Shown here piece by piece: positions 1-10,529 of a stretch of DNA of 64,000 bases; positions within the stretch are counted from its first letter, which is position 1; each line of letters opens with the position of its first letter. The position numbers and the translations under genes were made by a program. This DNA comes from a virus, in the IMG/VR virus record IMGVR_UViG_3300005264_000010, positions 9,785-73,784 of that record; one strand, given 5' to 3'. The notes under the pieces are model-generated. The model had not been told where the DNA came from, made no database searches, and was given only the letters and a program-made list of their open reading frames with translations.

Positions 1-26
1 AATCATTAGAAACAGCTAAACAATTA

Positions 27-296
27 TTGGAGAAGAAAATGAAAACCTCATACTACAAATATACATTTATTGATGGTAAAATACCAATTAGTAAAAATAA
101 AAGTATAGATTTTGAAGATGTAAAATTATTAGATAAAAGAGTTAGGATTGACTATAGTCAAAATGGTCCTGTATTAGTTATACCTATAGAGTTTGATATG
201 GATAAGTTTTTTAATATTAAATATACTTCAGAGTTTATGAAAATGAAGAGTGAATTTCAGCAATATTTAAGACTAATAGATGGAAAAATAAAATAA
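27..296 (+). CDS. hypothetical protein (ATG start probably at 39)
   Basis: ORF followed by an intrinsic terminator. Confidence 0.55.
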   Translation: MEKKMKTSYYKYTFIDGKIPISKNKSIDFEDVKLLDKRVRIDYSQNGPVLVIPIEFDMDKFFNIKYTSEFMKMKSEFQQYLRLIDGKIK

Positions 297-312
297 TATA
301 TTTTCCTATATT

Positions 313-347
313 AAAACCTCAATTAGAAATAATTGAGGTTTTTTTTT
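313..347 (+). terminator. intrinsic terminator
   Basis: aaaacctcaatt-agaaat-aattgaggtttt hairpin followed by a T run. Confidence 0.85.
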
Positions 348-366
348 ATTATATTTAAAATAAAGC

Positions 367-395
367 TTGACATTATTAAGTTTTATACTTATATT
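367..395 (+). promoter_or_regulatory. sigma70/sigmaA-type early promoter
   Basis: TTGACA-17bp-TATATT; downstream gtagttgtaggttaatttaaaaggag identical to the copy at 7927. Confidence 0.85.
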
Positions 396-428
396 GTAGT
401 TGTAGGTTAATTTAAAAGGAGAACAAAA

Positions 429-902
429 ATGAAAAATATTAGAGAATTTATAACTGAAAGTGGAATGACTGAAAAGAAAATGATAGATACTATCATTAAA
501 GAGATTAAACCAGTTTATGATAAATGGAGAGATGAATATTTTGATTATCTAATAGCTAGAAAAGAATTAAAAAGAAATGATTATAAAGAGTATGAAAGAA
601 CTTGGGTAAGAAGTGAGCATAATATTTTATTATCAAATGATAAAGGTATGAAAGAAAAATTAGTAATAATTTTTGATAAAAAATTAGTTGATGTTAGTAA
701 AGCAATTCATAAGAAGATTGTGAATGCTAAGATAGGTAAAGTTTTTAAAATAGAAAGAGTTAAAGATAGTCATAATGATTTAGATTTTTATATAAATGAT
801 GCTTTTAAATTATCAATTAGAACAATAGTTGCTAATGGATATGTTCAAGTAACTCATTATAGAGTTATAACTACAATCACAAAAATAAATATGGAGAAGT
901 AA
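429..902 (+). CDS. putative internal head protein with capsid-targeting-like leader
   Basis: N-terminus MKNIREFITE resembles the T4 internal-protein leader; strong SD. Confidence 0.5.
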   Translation: MKNIREFITESGMTEKKMIDTIIKEIKPVYDKWRDEYFDYLIARKELKRNDYKEYERTWVRSEHNILLSNDKGMKEKLVIIFDKKLVDVSKAIHKKIVNAKIGKVFKIERVKDSHNDLDFYINDAFKLSIRTIVANGYVQVTHYRVITTITKINMEK

Positions 903-903
903 A

Positions 904-1239
904 ATGAGTAAAGAAATAATTATAACAAGTAGAGACCTAATTATTGAAGGAATGTCTCTGATTAATAGACGGGGTCAACTAAATGAAAATCAATCAGATT
1001 CAAAAATGACATCATTGTTTATTTATGATTATGGTGATATATTTTGTTATGAAGATGAGTTTAAAATTGTTGGTGAGAATAGCTCAGAAACAGCGAATAC
1101 TACACTTACAAGTGAATGTAGTATAATTACTAAGAAAGGTAATCAATGTTCAAAGAAAGGTACTTATACTAATGAAGAAGGTAAATTATTTTGTGGTATT
1201 CACGCTAGAGGTAAAAATTATTTAAAATTGGAGAAATAA
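904..1239 (+). CDS. hypothetical protein with C-terminal C3H zinc-finger-like motif
   Basis: CSIITKKGNQC...FCGIH. Confidence 0.55.
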   Translation: MSKEIIITSRDLIIEGMSLINRRGQLNENQSDSKMTSLFIYDYGDIFCYEDEFKIVGENSSETANTTLTSECSIITKKGNQCSKKGTYTNEEGKLFCGIHARGKNYLKLEK

Positions 1240-1240
1240 A

Positions 1241-2218
1241 ATGAGTAAAGAAGTAGAAATTTTAATAGATGGACTTGATGATGGTAGATTATTACTAAGT
1301 AGATATATAGGAGATGATCCTTATTTTATTAATAATTCTAGTAATTGGTCTAAAAGTATGTTGAGTGTAGAAGATACTTTGGAGTTAGATGAAGTCTTAG
1401 ATTATAATATCACTAATAAACTATGGGAATATAAACTAGAGGAGAAAGAAGTAATGAAAAAAACTTGGACTGATGTATTTAAAATGTTAAGCGAGTTTGA
1501 AGAAGGTAAGCATATTATTGTTTTTAAAGAAGATGATGATTTATCTATATTTGAAAGTATTGATGAAATGAATGAATGGGGCGTTATTGATTTATATGAT
1601 TGTGAAATTGCCCCAATTCATACTAAGTCATTTTTAGAACACTACGGAGATGAGTGGATAACTAACATGTCTCCTGATAAGAATATGATAAGAGGAGTTA
1701 AATATAAAGTAGATTGGGTCAATTTAGTTATCACTAAAGATGAAATAACTTTTAAAGATGAAAATAATCAATTATGTTTTGTTTATAGTGATAATTGGTT
1801 TGTATATGAGAGTTCAGATTATATATCTATATGCGGAAGAAGTGTTGAAGAGTTTCTTATTGATTGGGAAAGTATGAAGTATGACATTAAATATAAAGAC
1901 AGTGAATCTGTCCTTATTGGTAGTGATAAAGGAAACATTGCTAACATGACTAAAATAATTAATTATAACAATAAAGAAATAGTTGATCTTGAATTAGTAG
2001 AAATTAAGTTGAGATATAATAGTGAAAATGTTGAAATTGGAAATACTTTTCTACATGAAAATAGTGATTATAAAATTTATAAAGTAGAAATGAAAAAAGA
2101 TAGTATTATTCATTTATCGCCTTCTCATAATATTGCCGATGGTTTCGATATTGGATATGAAGAGCTTTCAGCTAACTATCAAAAAATAGTAGTAGTTAGA
2201 ATAAGTGATATATTATGA
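1241..2218 (+). CDS. hypothetical acidic protein
   Basis: 325-aa ORF with SD ggag. Confidence 0.7.
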   Translation: MSKEVEILIDGLDDGRLLLSRYIGDDPYFINNSSNWSKSMLSVEDTLELDEVLDYNITNKLWEYKLEEKEVMKKTWTDVFKMLSEFEEGKHIIVFKEDDDLSIFESIDEMNEWGVIDLYDCEIAPIHTKSFLEHYGDEWITNMSPDKNMIRGVKYKVDWVNLVITKDEITFKDENNQLCFVYSDNWFVYESSDYISICGRSVEEFLIDWESMKYDIKYKDSESVLIGSDKGNIANMTKIINYNNKEIVDLELVEIKLRYNSENVEIGNTFLHENSDYKIYKVEMKKDSIIHLSPSHNIADGFDIGYEELSANYQKIVVVRISDIL

Positions 2219-2442
2219 AATTATCAGATACTAAAAATATTACCGAAACATTATTATTTGAATGGGATAAATTTGATGTTGGTGAAACATTTGGTGGAGT
2301 TAAATTTTCAAGAAAAATCAAGATGATGCTTAATATGATAGATAAATCTGATGATACTATTTTAAGAGTAATGAGAAAGCTAAAGAAAGATAGAAAATTA
2401 AATTATTCAGTATATAATAAGAAAATTACATATTCGAATTAA
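2215..2442 (+). CDS. hypothetical protein, possibly truncated
   Basis: ORF overlaps the primase N-terminal reading frame. Confidence 0.55.
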   Translation: MKLSDTKNITETLLFEWDKFDVGETFGGVKFSRKIKMMLNMIDKSDDTILRVMRKLKKDRKLNYSVYNKKITYSN

Positions 2443-3410
2443 ATCTAAATAACCTTACACAACATTCAAGTGGTAATTTCAATGCTACTTGTAATGTTTG
2501 TGGTGATGGGGATGGACATAAGCATAGATTGTGGTTTCTTAATGCTGATGATGGTGGAATAATAGTTAAATGCTTTAATGGAGGGTGCTTATTAGAGTCT
2601 TCTCCAACTTCGTTCTATAATTTTTTAAAATTAGTTGAGCCAGCTTTAGCATCTAAATTTAATGAAGAACAAAGAAGAGATAGATTTCAAGATACTATTA
2701 GTTATGGTAAGCAAAGAACTAAAGCAAAGAAAGTAAAGTCATTTAAAATTGATAAAGATAACACTAAATTTTTCAAGAAATTATCTAGTAAGAAATATGA
2801 TAAAATAAGTGAGCATCCTAAAGCAATTGAATATTGTGAAAATAGAAAAATTCCTAAAGAGGTATATTCAAAATTTTATTATTGTGTTTATGATAAATCT
2901 AAATTCTATAATAAAATGATAATGCCATTGTATAGAAATTCTGACAATCATATATATGGATTTGTTGCTAGGGATATTGTTAATAAGAAATTCTTGGTAA
3001 GTTTAGCATCGGATAAGAATATTAGACTATATAATATATTCAATATTGATAACACAATGAATGTTTATATATTAGAAAGTATGATAGATTTAATGTCAAT
3101 GGGAAATGATTTTAATGGGATTGCTATGCTTACATCTTCTATTCCTCAACATATATTAGATACTATAAAGAAACCAATATTTTCATTTGATAATGATCTA
3201 ACTGGTATAAATAAGTCAATAGAATATACTGATAAAGGATATAAAGTAGTAATATTCCCAGATGACTTCAAATATAAAGATATAAATGAAGCTATTGTTG
3301 ATGGATATGATAAAGATAGAATTAAGAAAATAATGATTGCTAATACTTATGAGGGTATACAAGCAACTCTAAAATTAAAAATGATTAAGAAGAAGAGGAG
3401 ATTAAGATGA
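2421..3410 (+). CDS. DNA primase (T4 gp61-like); frame open from 2421, start codon unclear
   Basis: Zn-binding CNVC...CFNGGC; TOPRIM ILESMID, FDND, KDINE. Confidence 0.9.
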   Translation, partial: ENYIFELNLNNLTQHSSGNFNATCNVCGDGDGHKHRLWFLNADDGGIIVKCFNGGCLLESSPTSFYNFLKLVEPALASKFNEEQRRDRFQDTISYGKQRTKAKKVKSFKIDKDNTKFFKKLSSKKYDKISEHPKAIEYCENRKIPKEVYSKFYYCVYDKSKFYNKMIMPLYRNSDNHIYGFVARDIVNKKFLVSLASDKNIRLYNIFNIDNTMNVYILESMIDLMSMGNDFNGIAMLTSSIPQHILDTIKKPIFSFDNDLTGINKSIEYTDKGYKVVIFPDDFKYKDINEAIVDGYDKDRIKKIMIANTYEGIQATLKLKMIKKKRRLR

Positions 3411-3688
3411 GTAACCCGAAATGTTTAGTTTTTAACAAAGCAATTGTAGAGAGTAATGGTATATATAGAGTTAATGGCAAAACAACTAGAATTATAGATC
3501 AACTAATACAAGATTTATTTAATTATGGTTCTATTCATGTAAAAAATGAATACAATAATACTTCTTCTAATGAATATACATTTGATAAATTAAAAAGAAG
3601 ACTAGAATCAGAACATATGTTTACTTGTGAAGATTTAATATTTAGTAAAAAGGAGTTATTAATTAAATTTAAGGAGATTGATAATTAA
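3407..3688 (+). CDS. hypothetical protein
   Basis: ORF with SD; GKTTRIID motif. Confidence 0.6.
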   Translation: MSNPKCLVFNKAIVESNGIYRVNGKTTRIIDQLIQDLFNYGSIHVKNEYNNTSSNEYTFDKLKRRLESEHMFTCEDLIFSKKELLIKFKEIDN

Positions 3689-4185
3689 TGAAAACATTTA
3701 TATTTTATGATGAAATAATTCATGCTACTGTTAATGAACTAATAGAGAAAATTGAATTAGTAGAAGATTCAAATGAACATATACAAATATTGTTCTCATC
3801 AATGGGTGGTGGTTACAATACAATGAATATGCTAATTCATTATATTAAAAACTCAGAAAAGTATATTCAATTAGTAGGAAGTGGTGAAATATCTTCTGCT
3901 GGATTTATATTATTTTTCTCTTGCGGTAATAATAATAAAATTCTTGATGGTAGCTATTCAGTAATTCATTTAGGAACAAGATCAGTAGAAACTAGAGATT
4001 TAATGAATAATAAAACATTTGATAATTTTGCAAGTAAAATGTTATTAGCTGATAATAAGAGTATAATAGAATGGTATTCATCTCTTGGTGTTACTTATCA
4101 AGAATTGAATAGATTAAAGAAAGGCGAAGATATATATTTTGATACTAATAGATTAAATGAAATTTTGAAAGGAGTACAAAAGTGA
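3688..4185 (+). CDS. ClpP-family protease-like protein
   Basis: SMGGG, ISSAG (catalytic Ser), VIH. Confidence 0.75.
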   Translation: MKTFIFYDEIIHATVNELIEKIELVEDSNEHIQILFSSMGGGYNTMNMLIHYIKNSEKYIQLVGSGEISSAGFILFFSCGNNNKILDGSYSVIHLGTRSVETRDLMNNKTFDNFASKMLLADNKSIIEWYSSLGVTYQELNRLKKGEDIYFDTNRLNEILKGVQK

Positions 4186-4865
4186 TTAAAATAGAACATT
4201 TAGAATCTGTTGGTTGGGAACATTCAATTAGAGGTATGAGAAATCCACTAGAAAGTTGGAATAAATCAGATAGTAAATTAATTGTGTCTGAGTATAATAG
4301 TAGAATTACTTTAAATAATACTCAAACTAGTGTGTATATGTTAGGTAAAAATGATTTAAAGTTAGCAAAGAAATTAGTTAAGGCTGGAGCTAGTCATAGG
4401 AAGTTTTTAAGACACATTAATATATATTGTGATATTACAGCTAATGAGAAATGGTTTGCTGAATTTGATACCTATTTACATACTGTACAGAACTCAACAA
4501 GTCAAATGCACAGTTTATTAAAGAAACCATTTACTGAAAAAGATTTTAGTTATGAAATTAAAACATTAGATACTCAAAGATTATTTTTAGATATTATAAA
4601 ACAATTAAACAAATTAAGACTTGTTTATTTAGAATCTAAAACACAAGAGAATAAGAAAATAATATGGAGGGATATTTTAGAAATTATGCCTCAGTCATAT
4701 TTATACACGAGAACAGTAATGTTTAATTATGAAGTATTCTTATCAATGTATCCACAAAGAATAAATCATAAAATGACAGAGTGGCGAGAATTAATGAGTT
4801 TACTAAGAAATGATTTACCATATATGGATGAATTTTTAACAACTATTGAGGAGAAAAAGAAATGA
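4182..4865 (+). CDS. ThyX-like flavin-dependent thymidylate synthase (divergent phage type)
   Basis: RGMRNP..SW..SDS, HRKFLR, EFDTY, R..H...EW. Confidence 0.7.
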   Translation: MIKIEHLESVGWEHSIRGMRNPLESWNKSDSKLIVSEYNSRITLNNTQTSVYMLGKNDLKLAKKLVKAGASHRKFLRHINIYCDITANEKWFAEFDTYLHTVQNSTSQMHSLLKKPFTEKDFSYEIKTLDTQRLFLDIIKQLNKLRLVYLESKTQENKKIIWRDILEIMPQSYLYTRTVMFNYEVFLSMYPQRINHKMTEWRELMSLLRNDLPYMDEFLTTIEEKKK

Positions 4866-5029
4866 CATTAGAAGAAAAATTAAGAAAATTGATTATTGAA
4901 GAAAGACAGCAACATCAAGGTAGTAATACAGATTTAGCATTTGGTAGAGAAACTATACTAAAAGAATTAGAAAGGTTGTTAGAACAAGAAAAATCTGAAA
5001 GTAAAGAAATTGATTTGTTATTAAGTTAA
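4862..5029 (+). CDS. small hypothetical protein (55 aa, not in ORF track)
   Basis: gaggag SD; ATG overlaps the upstream stop; MTLEEKLRKLIIEE... Confidence 0.6.
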   Translation: MTLEEKLRKLIIEERQQHQGSNTDLAFGRETILKELERLLEQEKSESKEIDLLLS

Positions 5030-5052
5030 GTAATTCTTATATCTAAAACTAA

Positions 5053-5090
5053 CAAAAAGTGCATTTAATTTATTTTAAATGCACTTTTTT
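5053..5090 (+). terminator. intrinsic terminator
   Basis: aaaaagtgcatttaa/ttaaatgcacttttt hairpin. Confidence 0.8.
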
Positions 5091-5091
5091 C

Positions 5092-5120
5092 TTGACATTT
5101 TATTTTATTATATGTATATT
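5092..5120 (+). promoter_or_regulatory. early promoter
   Basis: TTGACA-17-TATATT. Confidence 0.85.
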
Positions 5121-5162
5121 GTAATTATAACTTAATTTAAAAATAAATAAAGGAGAAACAAA

Positions 5163-5597
5163 ATGTGTGAATTAACTAGAAGCATCAATTATGTAAAGAA
5201 CCTAAACAACTTGTCAGAAGATTCAATAACTACTTTTGGACTTGCTCAAAAGTATAGAGAAATTTCTCTATTAAAGAAAGAGTTAGAAGCTACTGAGGAA
5301 TCATTAAAATCTCAATTGATCGAAAGAGGTGAAACTATTATGCTTCCTGAAACTAAAGAGAAAGTAATGTGGAGTGAAGGTAAAGATAAATCAGCAATCA
5401 ATGTAATGAGTGTTTTCAAAGAAATGAAGAAAGAAAAAAGAATTAATGAATTTATGTCAATAGTTTCATTAACAAAGAAAAACTTAGAATCTATTGAAGG
5501 TGGAAAAGTATTTTCAGCCAAATATAGTGAAGTTGTTGGAAAAACTAACCCATCAGTATCATTTAAGAAGATGTCAAAGAAAGATTTAGAATCATAG
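5163..5597 (+). CDS. hypothetical protein
   Basis: strong SD aaggag; first gene after early promoter. Confidence 0.75.
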   Translation: MCELTRSINYVKNLNNLSEDSITTFGLAQKYREISLLKKELEATEESLKSQLIERGETIMLPETKEKVMWSEGKDKSAINVMSVFKEMKKEKRINEFMSIVSLTKKNLESIEGGKVFSAKYSEVVGKTNPSVSFKKMSKKDLES

Positions 5598-5614
5598 TCA
5601 AATAGACGATATAC

Positions 5615-5716
5615 TCGACTTTCATCTTTAGATACTAATTATATTAAGATAAAGATGAAAGTTGATTTAAACATATCAAATGATAGCTTAAATCAAAGGT
5701 TAATATAAATGAGTAA
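5615..5716. repeat. dispersed palindromic intergenic element, copy 1
   Basis: inverted repeat 5615-5630/5650-5665; 39 nt (5678-5716) identical to 20076-20114. Confidence 0.8.
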
Positions 5717-6212
5717 AATATTAATAGAAGATATAACTTTTTATAATAATGTTAGAGTAATAGATACTAGACATTATCAAGATCAGTTTCTAAAAAGAAA
5801 TATTGATTTAACAACTAATGATATTAAATTAATATTTGAGAGAGGTATTGATACCCTTAAAGGATATGCTGAGAATGGTATGTTCTATCTTATTTATTCT
5901 AAAGAATTTAATCAAGGTGTGGTTATTAAATATAAGAAAGGTAAAAAACATGATATAATAGTCATAGTTACATTCTTACCTAGAGGTAGAAAGCAACCTA
6001 AAGATGATACTGAAAGAATAATAGTTGAGAATAATATAATATGTATGGATAATGAATGTTTAGTATATCTAAATGAAATATTTAATGACGTTAAAGAAAC
6101 TAATACAAGCACAATAATAGAATCATATATAAATAATTTTAATTTTAATTTTTATTTCTTAGATGGTAAAATATATGATATTACTAATTTAGAAGTAATC
6201 GAGGTGGTGTAA
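5709..6212 (+). CDS. possible RelE/BECR-like RNase-fold protein
   Basis: DTRHY..F..R near N-terminus and IIVIVTFL strand; weak pattern only. Confidence 0.35.
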   Translation: MSKILIEDITFYNNVRVIDTRHYQDQFLKRNIDLTTNDIKLIFERGIDTLKGYAENGMFYLIYSKEFNQGVVIKYKKGKKHDIIVIVTFLPRGRKQPKDDTERIIVENNIICMDNECLVYLNEIFNDVKETNTSTIIESYINNFNFNFYFLDGKIYDITNLEVIEVV

Positions 6213-6215
6213 TTT

Positions 6216-7919
6216 ATGAGTAATGAAATAGTAAAAGGAATGACAATAGTAGATTTTCTGAGCATATATAAGAATGAGTTTGAGAGAAAATTTAATGAAA
6301 GAAAAAAGAAGATGAAAGAGGATTATAAGAAAGAAAATGGATATTATTATGATATTGGACAGTTAAGAGAAAATCTTTTTATATTTCTTAAAATACTTGA
6401 CGAATTAAGTTTTAAAGATAGTGATCAGTTATTATCAATGATAATTCATAATGTAAATATTAGTAATAGAAGGGATACTGCATATAAAGATATTAAAGAT
6501 ATTAAAGATAATGTATTTTTTAGAAAGAGAAAGAAAATAATATTAAAAAATACTCCAAGAATTACTGATAAGAAAATTATTATTGATAAATCTAGTATGA
6601 ATAAGATTGAAGTATTACAAAAAGAGCATAATAATCTATTAAAACTACTGAAAGATAAATGGTATATTGGGAGAGAACATAATGTTTTTGATTATACTAT
6701 AGAAAAAAGAAATATTTGGTTTGATGAAATATTTAGTAATCTATCTTCTGACACAAAAGAAATGATTAGTATGTTAACGGAGAAATATCATATAGTAAAG
6801 AATATAATTGATTTATTTAAACATGTAAATATACATCCAATAGATATGGATGTATATGGTGATGATTATTATCAATTTACTAACTTTAAATTATTTTGGA
6901 AACAACTACAAGGTGAGTGTGTGGATATGTCTAAATCCAATGTATTATCACTATTTAAAACTAAATATAATATTGATGAAATTATAAATGAGGGATTCTA
7001 ATAATGAGTAATCTAAGAGATAAATTTGTAAGAGATGTTGATTATAAGAGATATTTGAAAATTAAAGATATAGTCACTAGAATAAATGAACTTATAGATA
7101 GTGGATTTCTTATAATTGATGATAGTCTTGTAGATAATGACAAATATGAAATAAATGAAGATGGTACTATTAATCAGTTAATAGGTAAATCATCTAAAGC
7201 AATAATAGTTGGTGGAGTTACTGAAATGAATGGTGATTTAATTTATGTTAATAAAGAAGATATAGACTATTTTGATAAGATACAAATAGTAAATCCATTA
7301 AATATCGAGAAACTTTAAGTAAGGAAATAAATTATGTTTGAATTTATGAGAATGAGTAATATTATTAGACATATATTTTATTATACACCTAAAATAAAGA
7401 AGATATATTTGTCATCAACAAAGTATAATTATCAGCAAAATATCAAATTTGGTGGATGTCAAATAATATTAACTCATTTGATAAGAGGTTCTTTAATAGA
7501 GATTAAGTTTAATAATAGTGATATTTGTAGTTATGTTGATCAGAATATTCAATTGAATAATTTTCTAGGTATTAATGATATTGAAAATAATTTAACTAAA
7601 AATGATATGAAATATATAATTAAAGAATTAAAAAGAATTAAAAAGGAGAAATGAAATGAAGAAATTTTTAACAGTAGCAATATTCAACTTTATAGTAATA
7701 AATATGATAATTTTCATAATAGGTTCATTCGTAAATATGGAGTTTTTTAACTTCTATTCTTTTACTGAGGGAATGGGGGTTATTAGAGGTTCGATAATGA
7801 TAATTTATTTGATTTCTTTAGTATTTATGATGTCTATGGAATATGGTGATGATCTATTAGTCATAAGTGAGGAGTATGATTTCATAATATTTATATTTAA
7901 TTATTTTAAGAAGAAATAA
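6216..7919 (+). other. four hypothetical ORFs (6216-7001, 7004-7318, 7334-7654, 7656-7919 membrane protein)
   Basis: tightly packed ORFs with SD sites. Confidence 0.7.
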
Positions 7920-7926
7920 AAAAAGC

Positions 7927-7955
7927 TTGACATTATTAAAAATTATTATTATATT
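7927..7955 (+). promoter_or_regulatory. early promoter
   Basis: TTGACA-17-TATATT, near copy of 367. Confidence 0.85.
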
Positions 7956-7991
7956 GTAGTTGTAGGTTAATTTAAAAGGAGAAATGAAAAA

Positions 7992-8279
7992 ATGAGTATT
8001 AGTAATAAAGAAATGAGAATAGATGTTAATTTCGCTAAAGATTTGTCTGAGGGTAAAATTAGTATTGGAACTATTGGATCTACAATAACATTAACTCCAA
8101 TGAAAAATAAAGCTAGTGTAGGAAGTGAACTTAAAGTCAAAGATGTTGACACAACAAAGAAAATTAACTTAAATTTCAATCATATTGAGAGTGTTGAAAT
8201 GCTAATTGAACATCTGAGTTATGTGAAAGAAAATCTGAGAACTAGAGATTACCATAACCAACTAGCTTATTGCTGTTAA
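7992..8279 (+). CDS. hypothetical protein
   Basis: SD aaggag after promoter. Confidence 0.7.
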   Translation: MSISNKEMRIDVNFAKDLSEGKISIGTIGSTITLTPMKNKASVGSELKVKDVDTTKKINLNFNHIESVEMLIEHLSYVKENLRTRDYHNQLAYCC

Positions 8280-8299
8280 TTAAAAAGGAGAAGTAAACT

Positions 8300-10201
8300 A
8301 TGAGTAAAGAAATATCAAACTTAGAATATCTAATAATGACACACAAAGAGATTTACTATAATGGGTTAGAAGGCAGAGATGATATTAAAGCTATTTCTGA
8401 TAGTGAATTTGACAAGCTAGAAGATGAGCTTAGAGAACTTGACCCAAATAATATAGTATTACAAAAAGTTGGAACTAATGGTGGTAAAGTTAAACATTCA
8501 AATCCAATGCTAAGTATCAAGAAAACTAAAGATGAAAATGATGTTTATGATTTACTGAAAAAAGGTAATTTGATAGCTAGTTATAAAATGGATGGATCAG
8601 CTTGTAGTTTAAAATATGAATATGGTCAATGGATTAGTGCTTCAACTAGAGGTGATGGTGAATTTGGGAATGATGTATCTAAACAAATGAAATATGTAAA
8701 TTTTCCTAAGAGTATTAGTAATATTACTGAAGTTAGAGGTGAAGTAGTAATAAGTAAAAGTAATTTTGAGCAGTTAAAGATGGATATGTTATCAAGATCA
8801 TTAGATGAGCCAGAATCAATTAGAAATTGTGTTGCTGGAATATTAAATCCTAATAGAAAGGATAATTTTGATCTTGCTAAACACTTGACTTTTATACCAT
8901 ATTTAAGTGATAATGATTTATTCTATAACGATATATTTACATATCTAAGTACTTTTGGATTTGAATTACCTGTCTATGAAGAAATAATAAGTAATTCTGA
9001 TGTTGATACTTTTATTACTAAGTATGTTGAAAGTATTAAAGATTATGAGTATTTAACGGATGGGATTGTATTCAGAATAAACGATAATAGAGTAGCTAAT
9101 AAGCAAGGTAAAACTTCTCATCATTATAAACATTCAATAGCATATAAACTTGAAGCAGAGACTGCTATAACTACTATTAAGAATATTATACCAGAAGTTA
9201 ATAGAACTGGGAAAATATCTTATGTAGCTGAAATTAAAAAAGTTAAATTATCTGGTGCTACAATAGGTCGAGTAACATTACATAATGCTAGAAATATAAT
9301 AGATAATAACTTAGGTGTTGATGCTAAAATTGAAATACAGCGTAGTAATGAAATAATTCCCAAGTATTTAAAAACTATTGAAGGAGTTAATCCATATACT
9401 AATCTATCAATGTTTTGTCCAAGTTGCGGTGAGTCATTGAGTTGGGGTATGAGTAAAGCTGATTTATTATGTACAAATAATAGTTGTGAAGGAATATTTT
9501 TCTATAAAGTGCTTCACTTTATAAAAACCCTTGAGATTGACTCATTTAGCGATAAGACATTAAGAAAATTATTTAATCTAGGATATATTGAAGACTATTC
9601 AGATATTTTTAAATTGACTTATAAAGCTTTTTTACAATTACCTAAGTTCCAAAAGAAGTCAGCAGAAAATCTATATAATAATATTCAATCTAAAAAGAAT
9701 ATTCCTTTAGCGACTTTCTTAGCATCGTTAGGGATTAGTGGTTTAGGTAAAACTGCAAGTAAATTGATTGTAAATAAATATAAGACTTGGTATGATATAT
9801 TTATGACAGCATCTGTTTATGACTTAGAACAAATTGATGGTATAGGTGAGGTATTAGCTAATAATTTTTATAATGATATTCACAATATAGCTACACTAAA
9901 AGAACATTTAGAACATGACTGTGGAGTTACTATAATAGATGCTAATACTACGGATGATGAATTAAGTGGTGGTAAATTAGAGAATATGAATATAGTAATA
10001 ACTGGTAGTTTAGGAATATCAAGAAAGCAATGGAAAAAAGACATTGAAGTAAATGGTGGGAGTTTAAAGAGTAGTGTTAGCAAAACAACTGATATATTAG
10101 TTTGTAATGATCAAGATTCTAGTAGTAGTAAAATGAGAAAGGCTAAAGAATTGAATATTAAGATTGTAAGTGAAGATGAGCTAATAGAATTGTTTAAATA
10201 G
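8300..10201 (+). CDS. ligA: NAD-dependent DNA ligase
   Basis: ISDSEFD, KMDG, TRGDG, EVRGE, Zn finger CPSC..C..C, HhH repeats, C-terminal BRCT. Confidence 0.97.
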   Translation: MSKEISNLEYLIMTHKEIYYNGLEGRDDIKAISDSEFDKLEDELRELDPNNIVLQKVGTNGGKVKHSNPMLSIKKTKDENDVYDLLKKGNLIASYKMDGSACSLKYEYGQWISASTRGDGEFGNDVSKQMKYVNFPKSISNITEVRGEVVISKSNFEQLKMDMLSRSLDEPESIRNCVAGILNPNRKDNFDLAKHLTFIPYLSDNDLFYNDIFTYLSTFGFELPVYEEIISNSDVDTFITKYVESIKDYEYLTDGIVFRINDNRVANKQGKTSHHYKHSIAYKLEAETAITTIKNIIPEVNRTGKISYVAEIKKVKLSGATIGRVTLHNARNIIDNNLGVDAKIEIQRSNEIIPKYLKTIEGVNPYTNLSMFCPSCGESLSWGMSKADLLCTNNSCEGIFFYKVLHFIKTLEIDSFSDKTLRKLFNLGYIEDYSDIFKLTYKAFLQLPKFQKKSAENLYNNIQSKKNIPLATFLASLGISGLGKTASKLIVNKYKTWYDIFMTASVYDLEQIDGIGEVLANNFYNDIHNIATLKEHLEHDCGVTIIDANTTDDELSGGKLENMNIVITGSLGISRKQWKKDIEVNGGSLKSSVSKTTDILVCNDQDSSSSKMRKAKELNIKIVSEDELIELFK

Positions 10202-10211
10202 AGGATTATAA

Positions 10212-10529
10212 ATGTATGATATAATTGGATGGATAATGGTTTTTATCTCAATAATAGCTTCAATATTATCATCAAAATATCAAAATAGATACTCAATGAT
10301 TCTTTATATAATTACTGCAATGTGGTGGTCATATTATAATATATTAGTTATACAGGAGTATCATCAAGGATGTTTAAGATTGTTTTATTTTGGGATGGGA
10401 ATAATTGGATGGTTCTCTTGGAGTGAAAAAGATAAAATAAGAAGAGCTAAAGATGAAGAAATAACTGAACTTAAATTAAAATTAAAGGAATATGAGAATG
10501 AGAACAATAATCTGCGGAAAAAGTGCTAG
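10212..10529 (+). CDS. PnuC-like (half-size) membrane protein
   Basis: three predicted TM helices ending FYFGMGIIGWFSW. Confidence 0.5.
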   Translation: MYDIIGWIMVFISIIASILSSKYQNRYSMILYIITAMWWSYYNILVIQEYHQGCLRLFYFGMGIIGWFSWSEKDKIRRAKDEEITELKLKLKEYENENNNLRKKC

